This document shows, one piece after another, positions 7,491 to 14,867 of a stretch of DNA of 39,191 bases (the first letter of the stretch is position 1; each line of letters opens with the position of its first letter). Origin of the DNA: a virus (taxonomy: Duplodnaviria > Caudoviricetes); the IMG/VR virus record IMGVR_UViG_3300012940_000052, positions 1-39,191 of that record, one strand, 5' to 3'. Both the position numbers and the translations under genes were made by a program. The notes below the pieces were generated by a model, which was not told where the DNA came from, ran no database searches, and saw only the letters and a program-made list of their open reading frames with translations.

Positions 7491-7531
7491 CGTTGTTGAC
7501 TGACGTACGTTCTGATCGTACGCTACGTACA
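7478..7531. promoter_or_regulatory. OR-like operators at 7478-7492 and 7517-7531, possibly also 7504-7518
   Basis: CGTAC-GCAAT-CTACG and CGTAC-GCTAC-GTACA; 14 nt identical to 4224-4237. Confidence 0.8.
7496..7524 (+). promoter_or_regulatory. PR-like promoter giving a leaderless cro mRNA
   Basis: TTGACT-17 nt-TACGCT, 6 nt before ATG 7531. Confidence 0.75.
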
Positions 7532-7785
7532 TGGAACAGCATCGCGACCTCATCGCCGCTCGTGGTGGAATCCGCCCGCTTGCCCGAAAGTTGGGGCATC
7601 GCAACCACACCACCGTTCAGGGTTGGTGGGAGCGTGGGCATATTCCCGGCGACCGGATTGACGATGTTGCGGCTATTCCTCCCGTGCATGGCGTTCAGCA
7701 TTGCCGCCGGCGCGGCGGGGTGTCAGCGGGAAAATCGGACGCGATTTCCCCCTGTTCCGAAGCGAAACAGCGGAGCGCCGGCTGA
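7531..7785 (+). CDS. cro: Cro-like HTH regulator
   Basis: LIAARGGIRPLARKLGHRNHTTVQGWWERGHIP; divergent from cI. Confidence 0.85.
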   Translation: MEQHRDLIAARGGIRPLARKLGHRNHTTVQGWWERGHIPGDRIDDVAAIPPVHGVQHCRRRGGVSAGKSDAISPCSEAKQRSAG

Positions 7786-8030
7786 TGGCGCTCATTCTGT
7801 CGGCGCTGGCCCTCGCCCTTTCGGCTTACGGCCTTGTTTCGCTCCGGTGGCAGGTCCGTCAGGAGATCGCCGCCGAAGCGACGCGCCGCGAGGAGCGTGC
7901 TCGCCGGGCGGCGGCGCTGCTCAAGGACGGCCCGACCGAAAACCCGATCGTCAACGCCGTCCTTCGTCGCGAAGCCGCAGCCGGACGCTATCCCACAACT
8001 CCTCAAGGCAATGGAGGATCTGATGCATAG
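7785..8030 (+). CDS. Membrane-anchored hypothetical protein
   Basis: TGATG coupling to cro; N-terminal TM segment followed by a coiled coil. Confidence 0.65.
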   Translation: MALILSALALALSAYGLVSLRWQVRQEIAAEATRREERARRAAALLKDGPTENPIVNAVLRREAAAGRYPTTPQGNGGSDA

Positions 8031-8226
8031 CCTCATGCATCTCCGGCGAAGCGTCCCGCCCGGCGGCGCCAAAGGCGCGTTCGAGGCTCGCGGCATTCCC
8101 GGCTTCGAGCCGTCGGATCGCCTCATCCGGGTCAACGAAATCCCTTTCGATGAGGTAGGCCCATATTCCTGTGGTGAAGTGCTGCAACGCGAGCAGGCGA
8201 GTGAAGTCCTCGTCCTTCGGCGGCAT
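7951..8226 (-). CDS. Antisense moron, helical hypothetical protein
   Basis: Own promoter TTGCCG-16-TATCGT (8287-8260), SD AAAGGA, protein-like amphipathic sequence. Confidence 0.65.
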   Translation of the reverse strand: MPPKDEDFTRLLALQHFTTGIWAYLIERDFVDPDEAIRRLEAGNAASLERAFGAAGRDASPEMHEAMHQILHCLEELWDSVRLRLRDEGRR

Positions 8227-8313
8227 GCCGGGTCCTTTCGTGGTGTTCGGGTTTCCACCACGATAGCCGAAGCCGGCGGGGCGGCAAGCCTCGCCGGTGG
8301 AGGGCTGGGCTGA
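8023..8313 (+). CDS. Sense ORF spanning the antisense moron; protein function doubtful
   Basis: SD GGAGGA; start overlaps the upstream gene end; stop overlaps the next ATG (TGATG). Confidence 0.4.
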   Translation: MHSLMHLRRSVPPGGAKGAFEARGIPGFEPSDRLIRVNEIPFDEVGPYSCGEVLQREQASEVLVLRRHAGSFRGVRVSTTIAEAGGAASLAGGGLG

Positions 8314-8810
8314 TGGCGCGCGCGGACGAGATCACGCCGCAGGTGGCGATGCTGAGCCAGGCGACGCGCCGGGCGATCGAGGCGATCGGCGGGCTGGAGA
8401 ATGCCGCGCAGGTGACCAGCCGCAGCACGAGCCAGCTCGGCCGGTGCCAGAGCGCCAATGACGGCGACACGCTCTCGCTGCGTGACGCGGTGGCGCTGGA
8501 CGATGCCACGGCCGGCCGGGGCGGGCCGCACATCCTGCGCCAGATCGCCCGGATGCTCGGCCATGAGGTGATCGCCATCCCCACCGCGCCCAGCGACCGG
8601 GAAGAGATCAAAGCCCAGCTCATGGCGGTCATGACCGAAGTGGGCGATGTGTCCAGCGAAGTGATCGAGGCCGAGCGTGACGGCGTCTGGACCGCGAGCG
8701 AGGCGCTGCGCGCGCTCGACCGGACGGACGGACTGCTGAGCGCGGTCACGGCGATGCGCGGCCTGTTCTTCGCGCTGGCCTATCCGGCGGCGCAGGCGGG
8801 TGACCCATGA
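8313..8810 (+). CDS. CII-like phage regulatory protein
   Basis: Position after cro; HTH-like [20 protein letters not shown]; C-terminal DGVWTASEA helical hairpin. Confidence 0.65.
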   Translation: MARADEITPQVAMLSQATRRAIEAIGGLENAAQVTSRSTSQLGRCQSANDGDTLSLRDAVALDDATAGRGGPHILRQIARMLGHEVIAIPTAPSDREEIKAQLMAVMTEVGDVSSEVIEAERDGVWTASEALRALDRTDGLLSAVTAMRGLFFALAYPAAQAGDP

Positions 8811-9009
8811 TCGTCGGCCGCCATCCCATCGAGAAGGCCGGCGCGGACGCCTTACGCGCCGGCCCCACTGCGCGCCGGGCGGGAGCATCCTCTCCCACGC
8901 CCGCCCGGCGCGCGAACCCGGCATTTCAGGAAACCGACCGCCCGCCCGGTTGAGCGCGGGCATGACCATGCCCGGCCGGATGGCGGGATGCACCGAAGGA
9001 GTTCGCGAT

Positions 9010-9252
9010 ATGAGCAGCAGCGATGTTGCCGCCGACCAGTTGCGCCTGTTTATCGAGCGCATCGAGCGGCTGGAGGACGAGAAGAAGGGCATCAGCGACG
9101 ACATCAAGGATGTCTATACCGAGGCGAAGCTCACCGGCTTCGACGTGAAGACGATGCGCAGCATCGTTCGCCTCCGCAAGCTCGAGAAAAACGCCCGACA
9201 GGAGGCTGAGCACCTCCTCGAAACCTACAAGGCCGCGCTGGGCCTCGAATGA
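9010..9252 (+). CDS. GapR-like (DUF2312) DNA-binding protein
   Basis: [49 protein letters not shown]. Confidence 0.92.
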   Translation: MSSSDVAADQLRLFIERIERLEDEKKGISDDIKDVYTEAKLTGFDVKTMRSIVRLRKLEKNARQEAEHLLETYKAALGLE

Positions 9253-9446
9253 TGGGCGCGGGCACGCACAATCTCGGCCTCTGGTCCGGCGAGCCGTGGC
9301 GCACCCAGCCGCGCGACGCGGCCGGCCGGTTCGTGCGTGTCCGCCACAGCGCGCAGCGGCGCCTTGTCCTGCGCCGGGCGGCGGAACTGCGCGCCGCGCT
9401 GGGCCTGCCCGCCGATCCCCGCCTGACGATCAGGAGCGACCGATGA
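9249..9446 (+). CDS. Hypothetical protein
   Basis: ATGA overlaps at both ends. Confidence 0.6.
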   Translation: MMGAGTHNLGLWSGEPWRTQPRDAAGRFVRVRHSAQRRLVLRRAAELRAALGLPADPRLTIRSDR

Positions 9447-10030
9447 GGTCGAAGACCTATTTCCACGATTATCAGCTCAGCATGAAGGGACGGCGGCTGG
9501 AGCGGTCGCCGGGGCTTATCGTGGCGCATCTCGCCTGCGAACTTTGTCCAGCCGAGGGCGACCTGCGCCTTCGGGCCATCCTGCCCGCCGCCAAGATCGA
9601 CGAGAAATTCCGCCAGCGCGGCTGGTCGACCAGTCCGCGCCGCTGCCCGGACTGCGTCGCGGCGGCGCGCGCGGCCAAGCCAACCAAGGGAGAACCCACC
9701 ATGACAACGCGCCAGTCCGTGGCCGCGATGAAGGCCCAGGCCGAGATGTTCAACCTGCTGACCATGCATTTCGATAGCGGGAAGGGGCGCTACGCCGAGG
9801 GATGGTCGGACGCCGCCATCGCGAAGAAGACCGAACTCGCGCCCGACCATGTCGCCGCGTTCCGCGCGGCGGCGTTCGGCGACCTGCGCGAACCGGAGGA
9901 AATCGCCAAGCTGCGCGCCGACATCAACGCGCTGGAGGCGCTCGCCCGGGAAGCGCAGGCGACCATGGTCGAGCAGATCGCCAGCCTGCGCGCCGAGCTG
10001 GCGCGGGTGACGAAGGGGCTCAAGGCATGA
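9443..10030 (+). CDS. Hypothetical protein (Zn-finger, HTH-like and coiled-coil segments)
   Basis: CELC...CPDC; GWSDAAIAKKTE; SD AGGAG. Confidence 0.7.
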   Translation: MRSKTYFHDYQLSMKGRRLERSPGLIVAHLACELCPAEGDLRLRAILPAAKIDEKFRQRGWSTSPRRCPDCVAAARAAKPTKGEPTMTTRQSVAAMKAQAEMFNLLTMHFDSGKGRYAEGWSDAAIAKKTELAPDHVAAFRAAAFGDLREPEEIAKLRADINALEALAREAQATMVEQIASLRAELARVTKGLKA

Positions 10031-10254
10031 GGCCGCACTTCGTCGAGAATCAGTCCGTGCCCTTCTGGCTGGTTTGGTCGCCGCAGGGCGCCATGCCGCC
10101 CCGCCACAGGCACGCCAGCGAGGCCGACGCCGTGAACGAAGCGGAGCGGCTGGCGGCCGAGAACCCTGGTAGGGACTTCTATGTCGTCGCGCCGACCTAT
10201 CGGGTGACGATCAGCGCCGCGATCCGGCACAGCTATGACGGAATTCCGTTTTGA
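10027..10254 (+). CDS. Conserved phage hypothetical protein
   Basis: FWLVWSPQG..PP..RH.SE..A..EAERLA..NPG..FYV pattern; ATGA overlap. Confidence 0.75.
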   Translation: MRPHFVENQSVPFWLVWSPQGAMPPRHRHASEADAVNEAERLAAENPGRDFYVVAPTYRVTISAAIRHSYDGIPF

Positions 10255-10709
10255 CCGCCGGCAATCCCTTCGCCCGCCGCGCGGCCAAGCGCCCTCGCCG
10301 CCCGAGGCCCGCGCCGCGCCCGGCGCCCCGGCCGATCGACGACATCGCCCTGCCGGCCGGGCCGCGCGTCATCTGTCACTTTCCCCCGGTGGCGTGCAGC
10401 CCGAACCATCGCGACCGCTGGGGGCGGATCGCGGCGGCGAAGGCCTATCGCAAGGCCTGCTGGGCCGATGCCCGCGCGGCGCGGATCAAAGCGCCGGCGG
10501 AAGGGTTCATCCGCCTGCGGCTCGATTTCTTCCCGCCCGACCGGCGGGCCCGCGACGATGACAATGCCATCGCCGCGTTCAAGGCCGGCCGGGACGGGAT
10601 CGCCGACGCGCTCGGCGTGGACGACCGGCGATTCCGCATCACGACGGTCTGGCACGATGAGCCGAGGGCCTGCGTCGTCGCCACCATCATCGAAGGAGGG
10701 GACGCCTGA
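10251..10709 (+). CDS. RusA-like Holliday junction resolvase
   Basis: SPN; FFPPDRRARDDDNAIAAFKAGRDGIADALGVDD. Confidence 0.85.
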   Translation: MTAGNPFARRAAKRPRRPRPAPRPAPRPIDDIALPAGPRVICHFPPVACSPNHRDRWGRIAAAKAYRKACWADARAARIKAPAEGFIRLRLDFFPPDRRARDDDNAIAAFKAGRDGIADALGVDDRRFRITTVWHDEPRACVVATIIEGGDA

Positions 10710-11179
10710 TGGCCACCTGCAAGACCTGCGGCACGACGCTCGGCCGGGGCAACAAGTCCGGCTTCTGCCGCAAGCATTTCAATGCGGCCGAGTATGATCC
10801 GACATGGCGGGAGCGGCACGCAAGGGCCGTGCGGCGGCACTATGCCGACCCCGCCAATCTGGAGGCCGCGAAGGAACGCGCGCGCGTCAACGGGAAGTCG
10901 CCCGGCGCCACGGCCGCCCGGCGCGCCGCCGCGCTGCGCATCCGCCTGTGGGAGATCGGCCACAGGGTGCTGGAGGGCGACGAGGCGGCGCGGGCGCGCG
11001 CGGGGCGGCATCGCAGCCAGACCGTCCTCGCGGGCATCCCGGAAGAGCAATGGGACACCTATCGACTGCTGGTGAAGCGCAAGCACATGTCCGCCGCCGA
11101 GGCCCGCGCAACCTGCCTGCGAGAGCATGAGACGCGCCTGGCGCGCATCCGGCGTGAATTGATGGAGGCGCAGTCATGA
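10709..11179 (+). CDS. Hypothetical protein with N-terminal CxxC...C
   Basis: TGATG coupling; SD GGAGG. Confidence 0.7.
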   Translation: MATCKTCGTTLGRGNKSGFCRKHFNAAEYDPTWRERHARAVRRHYADPANLEAAKERARVNGKSPGATAARRAAALRIRLWEIGHRVLEGDEAARARAGRHRSQTVLAGIPEEQWDTYRLLVKRKHMSAAEARATCLREHETRLARIRRELMEAQS

Positions 11180-11535
11180 GCGGCTGGACGATCGGCGCGG
11201 TGCCGCTATCGACACCCGGCGGCACGCTCCATGTGCCCGGATGGGTGCGGCCGCCCTTCGGGATCGATGCGCGCATGGATGTGGACAGCGGCATTCCCGT
11301 CTATGTCATCACGCATGTTCCGACTGGCCTGTCGGTCTGCGCCCTCTCCGTGCCGCCCCGCAAGCTCGCCCGCGCCGTGGACCTGCTGCTGACGCTGGGG
11401 GATTGGGCCTTCACCGATGAGGCCGGGATTGCGGACTATCGCGACGCCATGAACGTGCTGCGCGCGAGCGGGTTCGAGCCCGCCAACCCGGCGCGGGCCG
11501 GCCATCTTCCCGGTCCAGAGGGTGTATCGGCATGA
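11176..11535 (+). CDS. Hypothetical protein
   Basis: ATGA overlap; YVITHVPTGL motif. Confidence 0.7.
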   Translation: MSGWTIGAVPLSTPGGTLHVPGWVRPPFGIDARMDVDSGIPVYVITHVPTGLSVCALSVPPRKLARAVDLLLTLGDWAFTDEAGIADYRDAMNVLRASGFEPANPARAGHLPGPEGVSA

Positions 11536-11828
11536 GCGTCGCCGACGACATCCGCGCCGAGTTGCGCGAAACCGCCGCCGCCCGGCGCGCGGCAAATACG
11601 CTCGGCGGCTCCGTGGGCGCCTGCAAGCTCGACGCGGCCCATGCCCGCAAGACGTTCAGCGGCGCCGACCTGCAAGCGCTGGCGATCGAGGGCCCGGCCG
11701 ACGCCATCTCGTCGCTGCGCCGGCGCTGGCCTGATCTGTGGGCCGCGATCTGCGCCGATGCGCGGGCGCGCGGCGAGCGGCCGATCCCGCACATGGTCGC
11801 GCTGCTGGAGAAGGCGGTGGGGATATGA
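11532..11828 (+). CDS. Hypothetical protein
   Basis: ATGA overlaps at both ends. Confidence 0.65.
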   Translation: MSVADDIRAELRETAAARRAANTLGGSVGACKLDAAHARKTFSGADLQALAIEGPADAISSLRRRWPDLWAAICADARARGERPIPHMVALLEKAVGI

Positions 11829-12031
11829 GCCGGCTCCTCACCCACGGCAATATCGTCGGAGCCTGCATCTGCGGTCACGACCCATGCGACGGCCTCGACT
11901 GCGGCGTGTTCCTGCCCGGCCAGGCGCCGCGCAAGAAGCCCTCGCCCAAGTTCGCTGACGAGATGGCGGGCATTCGCGTGAGAGCGTGGGCCACGCGGCG
12001 GGCCAGATATGGCGAGCGAGGGCACGGATGA
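11825..12031 (+). CDS. Small Cys-containing hypothetical protein
   Basis: ATGA overlaps at both ends. Confidence 0.6.
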   Translation: MSRLLTHGNIVGACICGHDPCDGLDCGVFLPGQAPRKKPSPKFADEMAGIRVRAWATRRARYGERGHG

Positions 12032-12690
12032 GCCTCAACACCGCCCAGCTCGAATTCCTCGCCGCACGCGGCATGTCGCTGGCCGATGCCATCGAACTGT
12101 CGCGCCTGGGCGACGTGCGCAAGGACCCGACCGCCGCCGAACGCAAGCGCCGGCAGCGCGAGCGGGAGGCGGAAGCGCGCGTGGCGCAGGGCGATGAGCG
12201 TGACATGTCACGCCGTGACGTCGCGCGTGACAATGCTCCCTTTCCCGCCCCCTCCCCTTCCTTTCCCCCAGACCCCCAAACCAACCCCGCCCCCACCCAT
12301 ACCCACGGGGGTGATATTCCCCGCGCGCGTAAGGCCGACTTCCCGAAGCCGGATTGGGCCGATGCGCAGGTGTGGGCCGACTTCCTCGCCAACCGGAAGC
12401 GCAAGCGGCTGGCCAACACCGCCACCGCCCACAAGCGCTTCCTCGCCGACATCGCCGCGCTGGCGGACGAGGAATGGCCGCCCGGTCGCCTGCTGGAGCA
12501 CGCCGTCGCCCGCGGCTGGGGCGCGATCTTTGACCCACGAGACCGGAATGAACGACATGTCGCAAATCGCCAGGACCAACGCCGGGAAGAGCCCGTTGAC
12601 TCGCTGGTCCGCACCGTCGCTCGACGGCAGGCTGCACGCGCTGCTGGAGAGCTATACGAGCCTGAGTTCGGCGCCGGTGATCGGCCCTGA
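12028..12690 (+). CDS. Replication initiator (lambda O-position protein)
   Basis: AAERKRRQRER segment, low-complexity linker containing iteron-like repeats, C-terminal PDW...VWADFLANRK...GW..IF domain. Confidence 0.7.
   Translation: MSLNTAQLEFLAARGMSLADAIELSRLGDVRKDPTAAERKRRQREREAEARVAQGDERDMSRRDVARDNAPFPAPSPSFPPDPQTNPAPTHTHGGDIPRARKADFPKPDWADAQVWADFLANRKRKRLANTATAHKRFLADIAALADEEWPPGRLLEHAVARGWGAIFDPRDRNERHVANRQDQRREEPVDSLVRTVARRQAARAAGELYEPEFGAGDRP
12198..12306. other. Putative replication origin inside the initiator gene
   Basis: Palindrome GCGTGACATGTCACGC plus further CGTGAC copies, then a C-rich strand-biased tract. Confidence 0.55.
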
Positions 12691-13117
12691 CGACGCCGCC
12701 GGGCTGCGCGCCTTCATCGCGGCCGGCGCGGAGCCGGTCATGCCGGACAAGGGCAGCGTCGAGAGCATGCTGGCCCTGCTCGCCAGCGTGAAGCGTCGGC
12801 GGCAGAACAGCGAGGCGGAGGCGGGCGCGCAGCTCGAGCAATATTGGCAGGGCCTGCGCGACGTGCCGCTGGACGACCTGCGCCATGCCTATGACGCGCT
12901 GCTCAAGGGATCGCCGTGGTTTCCGGACATCTCGGACATCATCGCGGCGGCGCGCGGCGGGCCGGTGGCGCGGTATCGGCGTCGCTGTCTCATCGCCCGG
13001 TCCCTGATCATGAAACATGAGCGCGAATGGATTGCGCCGGTGGCGTTGTGCTCGCCGGAAGAGGCCGCGCGGATCCGGCAGACGATCGACGATGCGGCGG
13101 AGGGCGTGAAGGCATGA
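12548..13117 (+). CDS. P-position replication accessory (helicase loader/inhibitor-like); start uncertain
   Basis: YWQGLRDVP...SPWFPDISDI motif; follows the initiator; ATGA overlap with the next gene. Confidence 0.6.
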   Translation: MNDMSQIARTNAGKSPLTRWSAPSLDGRLHALLESYTSLSSAPVIGPDDAAGLRAFIAAGAEPVMPDKGSVESMLALLASVKRRRQNSEAEAGAQLEQYWQGLRDVPLDDLRHAYDALLKGSPWFPDISDIIAAARGGPVARYRRRCLIARSLIMKHEREWIAPVALCSPEEAARIRQTIDDAAEGVKA

Positions 13118-13674
13118 CGGTCCCGGCCGATGCATGGTGCATCCTGCGCATGTCGGAAGGCGCGACGCTGCCCGTCATGGACGCGCTGTGCGCTGACGGC
13201 TTCGACGTCTGGACACCTGAGGAAACGCAGCAGCGCCGGGTCGGCCTCGCGCGCAAGCGCGTTTCCCGTCGCGCGCCGCTGCTGCCCGGCTTCGTCTTCG
13301 CGCGCTACGATCGGCTGCGGGAGTTGGTCGATCTGGCGCGGACGCCGGCGCAGGCTTTCCGTGCATGGGATGCTGAGCAGCGGTGCATGGTGACCAAGGG
13401 CCGGCCATATTTCTCTGTCTTCCGCGTCGGCGCATCCTATCCTGCCGTATCGGACGGAGCGCTCGATGCGCTGCGGGTGGCGGAGCGGAAGGGCCGGCCG
13501 CTCAAATCCGTCCACATGTTCAGGGCCGGTGAGCGGGTGAAGTGCCCGGATGCGGGCTTTGACGGCCTCACCGGCATCGTCGAGACGACGCGGGGCCGGC
13601 ATGCGATCGTGCTGTTCGATGGGTTTGCCATCCCGGTGGCCGTGCCTGCGACCAGCCTGCTGGCGGTGGCTTGA
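13114..13674 (+). CDS. NusG-family transcription antiterminator (NGN + KOW) at the Q position
   Basis: WCILR...WTP...PLLPGFVFA; KOW FRAGERVKCPDAGFDGLTGIV. Confidence 0.85.
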   Translation: MTVPADAWCILRMSEGATLPVMDALCADGFDVWTPEETQQRRVGLARKRVSRRAPLLPGFVFARYDRLRELVDLARTPAQAFRAWDAEQRCMVTKGRPYFSVFRVGASYPAVSDGALDALRVAERKGRPLKSVHMFRAGERVKCPDAGFDGLTGIVETTRGRHAIVLFDGFAIPVAVPATSLLAVA

Positions 13675-13700
13675 CGGGGTTTCTGACCTCTATATATTGT
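13671..13700 (+). promoter_or_regulatory. Late (PR'-like) sigma70 promoter
   Basis: TTGACG-16-TATATT (or -18-TATTGT); AT-rich island in GC-rich DNA. Confidence 0.75.
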
Positions 13701-13702
13701 GG

Positions 13703-13950
13703 CGCGTCGCTGCATCGGGCAGCGCAAGGCAATGGCCGTTCTAGTGTGGCACGCCACCATGGTCGCCGACGTTCCGGGCATGCGCTTGGGCGGTCGTGCG
13801 ACGCTATTCCGGGATTCACGAGGGCGCTGACGGCGGGACCTGCCATCTGGGGCGGCACCGCAGGAGCCAAGCGCATGCCGGGGAGGCCCTGGGTCAGCAT
13901 CCCAGCCAGCCAGCGCCCGGTGCCCGGCGCCAGATAGACCGGGCAAATCG
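13703..13950 (+). ncRNA. Structured late-leader RNA (candidate)
   Basis: 13-bp perfect stem 13777-13789/13867-13879 enclosing nested stems, with flanking hairpins; no credible ORF. Confidence 0.5.
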
Positions 13951-13961
13951 GGGAGATCATC

Positions 13962-14144
13962 GTGAGCGAAGCATTGCGGGAGGCGGTCCCTGTGCGGCGT
14001 GCCGATGGCCGCTGGATGGTGGGGGAAAAGGCATTCGAGTCCAACGCCAGCGCCTGGCGTTGGATAGACCGACAGAACAACGAGCCGGTATCGCGAGCAG
14101 AAGATGTCTCGGACTGGGTCTCCCGCAAAATCCTGAACTCTTAG
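13962..14144 (+). CDS. 60-aa hypothetical protein
   Basis: SD GGGGAG before GTG; protein-like composition. Confidence 0.65.
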   Translation: MSEALREAVPVRRADGRWMVGEKAFESNASAWRWIDRQNNEPVSRAEDVSDWVSRKILNS

Positions 14145-14191
14145 ACGCTGGAGCATCTGGGTGTCCGGCCCTGCTGCCGCAGGAGATCATC

Positions 14192-14494
14192 ATGGCCGAA
14201 CGCCTGCGCGGGCGCCGCGCCGTTGAGCAGCGCAAGCGCAGGCTCCGAGCCGAGCCGCTATGCCGGGACTGTAAGGCCAAGGGCATCATCACCGCCGCCA
14301 CGGTGCCCGACCATATCAAGCCGCTCGCCTTGGGCGGCACCGATGACGACGGCAACATCCGCTGCCTGTGCGATGCCTGCCACAAGGTGAGGACGGCAGA
14401 GCAGTTCGGGCATCGCGATCCGATCGAGGGCCGTGGCATCGGCCGCGATGGACGGCCGACCAGTCCGGATCATCCATGGAACAGGAGAGGCTGA
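14192..14494 (+). CDS. Packaging-associated HNH endonuclease (HK97 gp74-like)
   Basis: EPLCRDC...VPDHIKP..LGG....NIRCLCDACH..T; upstream of terminase; SD AGGAG. Confidence 0.9.
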   Translation: MAERLRGRRAVEQRKRRLRAEPLCRDCKAKGIITAATVPDHIKPLALGGTDDDGNIRCLCDACHKVRTAEQFGHRDPIEGRGIGRDGRPTSPDHPWNRRG

Positions 14495-14742
14495 TGGAAG
14501 CGCATCCGCCCGCTCGCTACAGCGTCGAGCAGGTCGATTATGATCCTGCCTTGGGCGCTCGTCTCTGCGTGCATCTGGACGGCGTCGAGCAGCGACGCGT
14601 GATCGCATATGATTGCGAGGCCGGCACGGTGACCAGATGTGTGCTGGACGCTGAGGGGCGGTTGGTCGTCGACGAGAACCGCGAAGACGTGGGGGTCGAG
14701 ACTGTGTCGGGGCGCGTCGAGGTGACGTGGCGGGCTGATTGA
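14494..14742 (+). CDS. Hypothetical beta-rich protein
   Basis: TGATG coupling; SD GGAGAGG. Confidence 0.65.
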   Translation: MEAHPPARYSVEQVDYDPALGARLCVHLDGVEQRRVIAYDCEAGTVTRCVLDAEGRLVVDENREDVGVETVSGRVEVTWRAD

Positions 14743-14860
14743 CCGGCCCCACCCCCGGGTCAAAACTTTGAGGGGCCGGCGAGCGGAAACCGGCCCCGCC
14801 CTCCATACGCACCGAAATGTGTTTTCAGGTAGAAAGTTCAGGGCATCCCCTACGGGGATG
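14743..14860. other. Probable cos/packaging region
   Basis: Non-coding gap between the HNH module and terS; inverted repeats GGGGCCGG/CCGGCCCC and CATCCCC/GGGGATG. Confidence 0.5.
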
Positions 14861-14867
14861 AGTGTGC

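Noticed and set aside
7456-7701. 323-aa version of cI starting at 7701
   Set aside because: The extension runs through the operators and overlaps cro; ATG 7455 fits the HTH start and a leaderless promoter
8800-9009. N-terminal extension of the GapR-like ORF
   Set aside because: Family similarity begins at ATG 9010, which has its own SD; the upstream part is a hairpin region
13700-13960. tRNA or known riboswitch in the late leader
   Set aside because: No cloverleaf or T-loop; I could not match a riboswitch consensus by eye; an Rfam search is still needed
13671-14191. ORF 13671-13937 and the N-terminal extension of the HNH ORF from 13796
   Set aside because: Low-complexity translation of a structured leader; the first ORF starts within the -35 box; the HNH has a clear SD at 14181
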